This document shows positions 63,904 through 64,000 of a DNA stretch of 64,000 nucleotides, in pieces; within the stretch, counting starts at the first letter, position 1, and the number at the start of each line of letters is the position of its first letter. Location of the stretch: positions 45,135 through 109,134 of the forward strand of contig JBIJAV010000007.1 in assembly GCA_044345595.1 (NCBI GenBank). The letters run 5' to 3'. The notes beneath the pieces were generated by a model. It was given only the letters and a program-made list of their open reading frames with translations. It ran no database searches and was not told where the DNA came from. The position numbers and the translations under genes are program-made. Source of the stretch: Terrimicrobiaceae bacterium. Its GTDB lineage: Bacteria; Verrucomicrobiota; Verrucomicrobiia; Chthoniobacterales; Terrimicrobiaceae.

Positions 63904-64000
63904 ATGAATAAGGGAGAACATTTGCGAAACAATAAACGCTCAGCTTTCACGCTGGTTGAGTTGCTGGTTGTTATTGCCATCATAGCGTTGCTGGCGGCTC
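63904..64000 (+). CDS. Prepilin-type N-terminal cleavage/methylation domain protein (3' end outside the window)
   Basis: RSAFTLVELLVVIAIIALLAA is the class III signal / pseudopilin motif. Confidence 0.8.
   Translation, partial: MNKGEHLRNNKRSAFTLVELLVVIAIIALLAA

Overview
GC-rich, densely coding bacterial chromosome segment. It is probably from the PVC group (Verrucomicrobiota-like). This is an inference from the double-length UvrA and from a pseudopilin-type N-terminus (FTLVELLVVIAIIALLAA) at the right edge. The core is housekeeping genes in tightly coupled operons, with many 4-nt ATGA/GTGA/TTGA stop-start overlaps. These include uvrA, an HU/IHF protein, scpA-scpB-pheA-trpC, hpf, lgt, galM, a molybdenum-cofactor operon (moeA-moaC-mobA/moaD-moaE-MOSC/fdhD, with divergent moaA), a YdeP/FdhF-like molybdoenzyme, gpmA, tRNA-Gly(UCC), rpoA-rplQ, argD-argF, trxA, fabD, cfa and a LacI-araBAD cluster. 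Several accessory or unusual elements interrupt this core. (1) A co-oriented mosaic intergenic repeat family has at least 6 copies and hairpins supported by compensatory changes; copies bracket the ara cluster and a small wHTH-nucleotidyltransferase module. (2) An AbiEi/AbiEii toxin-antitoxin islet is inserted at the 3' end of a metallophosphoesterase gene and is flanked by a 72-bp direct repeat whose differences are mostly synonymous. (3) An island of about 4 kb (50.0-54.2 kb) carries two uncharacterised divergent genes and an Rpn-like nuclease gene sandwiched between 21-bp x16 and 42-bp x8.6 tandem arrays, next to a truncated SDR gene. (4) An orphan 233-aa gene is flanked by 14-bp direct repeats. 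(5) There are multi-domain fusions: two UvrA units, MOSC-FdhD, MobA-MoaD and desaturase-Rieske-FNR. No CRISPR array, rRNA, integrase or classical IS transposase was seen. All functional calls come from reading the translated ORFs by eye against remembered family signatures; no searches were run.
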